From positions 2,670,001 through 2,702,000 of the forward strand of contig NZ_CP195536.1 in the NCBI RefSeq assembly GCF_051307035.1: 32,000 bases of DNA, in the 5' to 3' direction. Each line of letters starts with the position of its first letter. Position 1 is the stretch's first letter. Position numbers and translations under genes: made by a program. Shown one piece after another: positions 27,974-32,000 of the stretch. The notes under the pieces were generated by a model. The model was not told where the DNA came from. It was given only the letters and a program-made list of their open reading frames with translations, and searched no databases. The stretch is from Psychrobacter sp. DM4 (GTDB lineage: Bacteria > Pseudomonadota > Gammaproteobacteria > Pseudomonadales > Moraxellaceae).

Positions 27974-29815
27974 ATGTGCGGAATCGTCGGCGCTGTCGCT
28001 GAGCGTAATATTGCCAGTATCTTAATCGAAGGTCTCAAACGTTTGGAGTACCGCGGCTATGACTCCGCGGGTCTCACAGTGATTCGTGATGGACAGTTGC
28101 ACCGCGAGCGTCAAGTGGGCAAAGTCCAAGCACTGGTCGATGCCGTCGCGCAAAATCCTGACAGTCTCAATGGTCATATCGGTATTGCCCATACGCGCTG
28201 GGCGACTCATGGCGAACCTGCGCAGCGTAATGCCCATCCGCATATCTCTGGCAAGATCGCCGTCGTCCATAATGGTATCGTCGAGAACTATGCTGAACTC
28301 AAAGAGGACTTGATTGCCAAAGGCTACGAGTTTACCTCACAGACCGATACTGAGGTCGTCGCGCATCTGATCAACGATCTATATCAAGACACCCAAGATC
28401 TACTAGAAGCGGTGCGTGCGGTCATCCCAAAATTACACGGCGCCTTTGCCTTAGGGATCATCCATGTCGATAGCCCTGATGAGCTGATCACCGTGCGTCT
28501 GGGCTCGCCGCTGGTCATCGGTGTCGGTATCGGCGAGAACTTTATCGCCTCAGACCAGCTCGCACTGCTACCTGTGACCAATCGCTTTATGTACTTAGAA
28601 GAAGGCGATATCGCACGCATCACGCGCGATAGTATTCAAGTCTACGCGGATGGCGTGGAGGTCGAGCGCGCTATCAATGAGATCGATGCCGCCCAGCACA
28701 ATGCAGACAAGGGCGAGTTCAAGCATTATATGCTCAAAGAGATCTATGAGCAGCCTGATGCGGTCTCGCGCACGCTCGATATGGCGATAGATAGCAGCAC
28801 GTTGAGCCTGCGCGCTGAGTTTTTGGCGCGTCATACCGATCAGTTATCAGGTGTTCGCCACATTCAAGTTCTCGCTTGTGGTACGAGCTATCACGCGGGT
28901 ATGGTTGTCAAATATTGGTTTGAGAACTTAACCCGCCTGCCCTGCTCGGTTGAGATCGCAAGCGAGTTCCGCTATCGCAATCCAGTCGTTGTCGATCACT
29001 CCTTAGTGATCTGTATCTCACAATCAGGTGAGACCGCTGATACGTTATCAGCACTACGCGATACCCAAAAGCAAAACCCAGCAGGACTGGTCAGCTTGGC
29101 GCTCTGTAACGTACCGACTTCATCCTTAGTGCGTGAGACCGATATCTTTTTGCCGACGCACGCAGGTCCTGAAATTGGCGTCGCCTCTACCAAAGCCTTT
29201 ACGACTCAGCTCGTCGCCTTGATGCTGCTGGTACTCAAAATTGGTGTGGTTCAAGAGCGTGTTGATAACTCGCGTTTAGAGACCTTGATTAAGGATCTTA
29301 ACAAGCTACCAGGGCAACTGTACGCCAGTCTCCATCTCTATGCAGCGATCAAAACGATGAGTGAGAGCTTTGAGGATAAAAAAAGCTGCTTGTTCCTAGG
29401 TCGCGGTTTACAGTTTCCAATCGCTCTTGAGGGCGCGCTTAAGCTAAAAGAGATCTCTTACATTCACGCCGAAGGCTACGCCGCAGGCGAGCTAAAACAT
29501 GGCCCACTAGCGCTTGTCGATAAAGACATGCCTATCGTCGTGCTCGCGCCAAAAGATAGTATGTTCGATAAGCTGAAGGCCAATATGCAAGAAGTGCACG
29601 CTCGTCACGGTGAGCTGTTTGTATTCGCAGGTGAGTCGAGCAAGATGGTCGCAGAAGATCGCTTACATGTGGTCTATGTGCCTGATGTCTGCGAGGATCT
29701 TGCGCCAATCGTCTATAGCGTGCCGGTACAATTACTCTCGTATCATGTGGCAGTTATGCGCGGTACGGATGTCGATCAACCACGTAATCTGGCTAAAAGC
29801 GTTACGGTTGAGTAG
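27974..29815 (+). CDS. glmS: Glutamine--fructose-6-phosphate aminotransferase (isomerizing)
   Basis: The true start is ATG 27974 (MCGIVGAV, Cys nucleophile), preceded by AAGGA. There are two SIS domains and the conserved C-terminus KSVTVE. 613 aa. Confidence 0.95.
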   Translation: MCGIVGAVAERNIASILIEGLKRLEYRGYDSAGLTVIRDGQLHRERQVGKVQALVDAVAQNPDSLNGHIGIAHTRWATHGEPAQRNAHPHISGKIAVVHNGIVENYAELKEDLIAKGYEFTSQTDTEVVAHLINDLYQDTQDLLEAVRAVIPKLHGAFALGIIHVDSPDELITVRLGSPLVIGVGIGENFIASDQLALLPVTNRFMYLEEGDIARITRDSIQVYADGVEVERAINEIDAAQHNADKGEFKHYMLKEIYEQPDAVSRTLDMAIDSSTLSLRAEFLARHTDQLSGVRHIQVLACGTSYHAGMVVKYWFENLTRLPCSVEIASEFRYRNPVVVDHSLVICISQSGETADTLSALRDTQKQNPAGLVSLALCNVPTSSLVRETDIFLPTHAGPEIGVASTKAFTTQLVALMLLVLKIGVVQERVDNSRLETLIKDLNKLPGQLYASLHLYAAIKTMSESFEDKKSCLFLGRGLQFPIALEGALKLKEISYIHAEGYAAGELKHGPLALVDKDMPIVVLAPKDSMFDKLKANMQEVHARHGELFVFAGESSKMVAEDRLHVVYVPDVCEDLAPIVYSVPVQLLSYHVAVMRGTDVDQPRNLAKSVTVE

Positions 29816-29867
29816 TCTAAGTAATTGATTTTTATATAATTTTTACTTATTAATGACTTTTCCTACC

Positions 29868-29912
29868 GAATCCTTCGCCATCTAGTGTTAATAAGATAGC
29901 GAAGGATTTTTA
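29868..29912 (+). terminator. Rho-independent terminator of glmS
   Basis: GAATCCTTCGC, a 20-nt loop, then GCGAAGGATTTTTAT: a ~10-bp stem followed by a T-run, 53 nt after the glmS stop. Confidence 0.6.
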
Positions 29913-30408
29913 TGACTAACGATATAAAAAAACATCAATCTGTGCTGCGCGGCTTTTGTGCCAGACCAAGGCACCATATTATGCGCTTAGCTTTAAGCCT
30001 GATGCCATTGCCGATAAGTTTGCTGACTTGGACAAACCCGCTCAAGAGGCGGTGACCCACTGGCGACGTTTGGCGCAAGTTGAGCTGCCCTTTGCGGTAT
30101 CTAAAAAGCATAACACGAGTCGCTATAGCCTTGTGCGCTTGACACCCGAGACGGGGCGCAAGCATCAATTGCGTCGGCACATGAGACATATATTCCATCA
30201 CATCGTGGGTGATACTAGCCACGGCGATATACGGCACACACGATTTTTTCGCACTCACTATGACTGTACACGCATGCTGCTGCATGCTCAGACGTTAGCG
30301 CTCAGCCATCCTGTCACTGGTGAGCGCTTGCTCCTGAAAGCAAGATTGGATGAGCAGTGGATGCGTATTTTGGAAGCGTTTAATTGGGTGGAGAGTGTTG
30401 AGGGTTAA
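29912..30408 (+). pseudogene. truC: tRNA pseudouridine synthase C (TruC) remnant, 5'-truncated and frameshifted
   Basis: The 29956-30408 frame matches the C-terminal ~60 percent of TruC: IADKFA...AVTHWRRLAQVELP...RYSLVRLTPETGRKHQLRRHMRHI...GDTSHGD...RMLLHAQTLALSHPVTGE. A different frame starting at 29912 (IKKHQSVLRGF) continues the homology upstream. The N-terminal ~90 codons, which in TruC include the catalytic Asp motif, are absent because the glmS terminator abuts the fragment. Confidence 0.7.
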
Positions 30409-30619
30409 ATTTATCTGAAATAGTCAGTGAAAAAAGTTAAAATACCGCTGCTAGAGGTTCGGTTCCCTAGTGAGGACTTGAACACGGAACCTAAGTTATT
30501 GATATTAAATTTTTTATATATTGATGGTCGCTGTCAATGTACTTGTGAGTGTAATTATTGTGATTAACTCGAAGGTTTTTTGACTTGATTCATTCTTTTA
30601 TTATCCTTAAAGCTACTTA

Positions 30620-30736
30620 CTAGACAGAATGTAAAATCACTAGATAGCCTTGATAAAGAATATATAGCCCAACACCAAGAGCCAAAAATAGCACAGCTAT
30701 CAAGGACAATAGAATTATCTTGCTACTTTTTTTCAT
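30620..30736 (-). CDS. Unannotated small hydrophobic ORF (38 aa; 40 aa if started at 30742)
   Basis: Hand translation gives (MK)MKKSSKIILLSLIAVLFLALGVGLYILYQGYLVILHSV, followed by TAG. It has a basic N-terminus and one TM helix. GAGAG lies 6 nt upstream of the ATG at 30736. It is too short for the ORF track. Expression is unproven. Confidence 0.35.
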   Translation of the reverse strand: MKKSSKIILLSLIAVLFLALGVGLYILYQGYLVILHSV

Positions 30737-30877
30737 TTTCATCTCTCAAAGCCTAGCTAAGGCTTTTTATGTCTGTTTTGACGTTCAATATCATGGCGAG
30801 GGTGTGCCGTTCTTAACGTCCAACTTTGGGTAATGGATATATCGTTCAATCTTGCGCCTATCTCATAAAATCGTGGT

Positions 30878-30905
30878 TGGTGCGCTATACAGGCATCGAA
30901 CCTTC
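30878..30905 (-). other. tRNA 3'-end-like fragment (T arm + acceptor 3' strand + ACCA), a possible att-site remnant
   Basis: The minus strand reads GAAGG-TTCGATG-CCTGT-ATAGCGC-A-CCA. That is a T stem with 4 of 5 pairs, a canonical TTCGA-type T loop, a 7-nt acceptor strand, a discriminator base and CCA. No matching 5' half exists, so it is not a complete tRNA. Confidence 0.35.
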
Positions 30906-30932
30906 GGCTATTTCTTCCTTATTTATAAAGAG

Positions 30933-31385
30933 CTAATCACGATTATAAAACCAACCTTTTCCTTCAAAAACTATCGTATCATCATCAAAGTAAACTTTAT
31001 CAATCTGATTGATGGTAAATCCAGTCTTTATATCGTCTTTTTTTCCAATATACGGAGTATCGAAAAAAGGGGGTAGTACCAGTAAGCTTGCGTACTCACT
31101 TACTAGTTCTAAGAAATAACTAGGCTGTTCTTCCAGTAGATCTCTTATGAATGGGTAATTTAATTCATAAAGAAATAAAATATCAGGTTCTTCTTGATCT
31201 TTATCATCTATGTGACACTCCATGATAAAGTCATTAATTATACTTTCCGTTCTTGCTAAAAAATCCTCGATACTTTCTTTCCAGATGAAACCACATGAGT
31301 TTTCACCTAGATCATCTCTTCCGAAACCTAATGAACGTTTCCTAACGTGAGAAATATCTATTTTATTATTTTCAACTTTAAACAT
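30933..31385 (-). CDS. Hypothetical acidic cytoplasmic protein (150 aa), an orphan gene in an AT-rich islet
   Basis: ATG at 31385 (MFKVENNK...) is preceded by GAGGAG at 6-nt spacing. The track start at 31391 is a TTG. No family recognised. The composition is acidic and no TM segment or signal peptide is present. Confidence 0.6.
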   Translation of the reverse strand: MFKVENNKIDISHVRKRSLGFGRDDLGENSCGFIWKESIEDFLARTESIINDFIMECHIDDKDQEEPDILFLYELNYPFIRDLLEEQPSYFLELVSEYASLLVLPPFFDTPYIGKKDDIKTGFTINQIDKVYFDDDTIVFEGKGWFYNRD

Positions 31386-31738
31386 TTTCAACTCCTCACT
31401 TTAGCAAGCGTTTTTTTAGTGCTGAATAAATTGAACCCAAGACCCGTTATCACGAAAATAAATCACTTAATTCTCCCAAAAACTTTACCACCATGGATAC
31501 TAGATTTAAGCTCAGCTGCTGGACTAACTAAGCAAACCTTATTCAGATCAGTACGTACAAAGGGTATACCCCACCGGAACCAGCTATTTCACCCTTTAAA
31601 CCTATTAATAGACCACTTAAAACAGACTGGTATAATGGAACCATTTATAACGGACTACTAAGCCAGACATGATTCTCCGCATTAAGCACTACCATGCTGT
31701 TCATGACCTTTATATTTTAAATACACCAATACAGCTAA

Positions 31739-32000
31739 TTAAAATAACCCTTTATAAAGAAAATAAAACCCCACTACGAATAACAATAGCGAAAAGCATT
31801 TCTTTAACAGCTCTGGCGATAAGATATGCGCGACTTTTGCCCCGACTTTTGCGGTAAAAAAGCTCATACTTGCAATCCCTAAAAAGGCATAAATATGGAC
31901 AAAGCCAATGGTATTGGGCACATCGACTTGTTGCTGCATGCCAAAGAACATAAACCCTAGCGCGCCAGCAATAGCAATCGGCAGACCACACGCTGCTGAC
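31739..32000 (-). CDS. TauE/SafE (DUF81) family anion-exporter membrane protein, C-terminal part; the 5' end lies beyond the window
   Basis: The reading frame stays open to position 32000 upstream of the track's Met: ...SAACGLPIAIAGALGFMFFGMQQQVDVPNTIGFVHIYAFLGIASMSFFTAKVGAKVAHILSPELLKKCFSLLLFVVGFYFLYKGLF. This is typical of the last two helices of TauE-family proteins. Confidence 0.6.
   Translation of the reverse strand, partial: SAACGLPIAIAGALGFMFFGMQQQVDVPNTIGFVHIYAFLGIASMSFFTAKVGAKVAHILSPELLKKCFSLLLFVVGFYFLYKGLF

Noticed and set aside
29816-30000. An intact Tn7-like or CRISPR-associated transposon inserted at attTn7 downstream of glmS.
   Set aside because: There are no tnsA-E-like, cas or other transposase ORFs anywhere downstream within the window. 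I could not find a terminal TGT... end with arrays of ~20-bp repeated binding sites. Only a scar-like truC truncation is visible.
30456-30500. Further tRNA-like pieces or inverted repeats (GAGGTTCGGTTCCCTAG; GGTTCC, 19 nt, then GGAACC) just after truC.
   Set aside because: The T-loop-like TTCGGTT lacks the conserved A58 position and its flanking stems do not pair. The 6-bp inverted repeat with a 19-nt loop is too weak to interpret.
30852-31991. Track ORFs 30852-31076 (+), 31347-31661 (+), 31669-31857 (+) and 31752-31991 (-).
   Set aside because: They overlap the better-supported 150-aa gene or the TauE-family gene on the opposite strand or in another frame. They begin without ribosome-binding sites, and they have low-complexity AT-driven composition (Ile/Leu/Lys/Phe/Asn-rich).
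1-32000. CRISPR arrays, long tandem repeats, insertion sequences, prophage genes or known defence-system genes.
   Set aside because: Reading the intergenic regions on both strands revealed no regularly spaced repeat-spacer structure and no transposase, integrase, nuclease, RT or helicase ORFs. The only repeats seen are the short direct repeats and palindromes reported above.

Overview
This is a chromosomal, mostly housekeeping window. Gene content, order and the visibly AT-rich spacers suggest a gammaproteobacterium of the Moraxellaceae, possibly Psychrobacter-like; that placement is inference only.

Minus strand, left part: the head of the dcw cell-wall and division cluster (rsmH-ftsL-ftsI-murE-murF, with murF running off the left edge).

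Middle part: gltX, a small AT-rich islet encoding an orphan secreted protein, a tRNA-Ala(GGC)/tRNA-Glu(UUC) operon with a near-consensus promoter, an unusual membrane protein, an EamA transporter, a LysE-family gene fragment and acnA. These are followed by a DUF3025-like gene, a ydjM-like gene and ychJ. Next comes a minus-strand block in which two paralogous class-II (Ntn) glutamine amidotransferases flank a DUF2007-like gene and a type-II homoserine kinase carrying an extra C-terminal domain.

Right part: hisF, ribH, an unusually long nusB, thiL, pgpA, glmU and glmS.

Downstream of glmS, at the position equivalent to attTn7, lie a 5'-truncated and frameshifted truC remnant and a ~1.3 kb AT-rich islet. 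The islet holds a 38-40 aa hydrophobic small ORF with convergent antisense signals, a tRNA 3'-end-like fragment and an orphan acidic 150-aa protein. A TauE/SafE-family gene then runs off the right edge.

I found no CRISPR array, transposase, integrase, reverse transcriptase or recognisable defence or toxin enzyme, and I cannot support a clear novel multi-gene system. The best leads are the post-glmS islet, the amidotransferase/kinase block with the fused kinase, and several conspicuous repeats and palindromes in intergenic regions.
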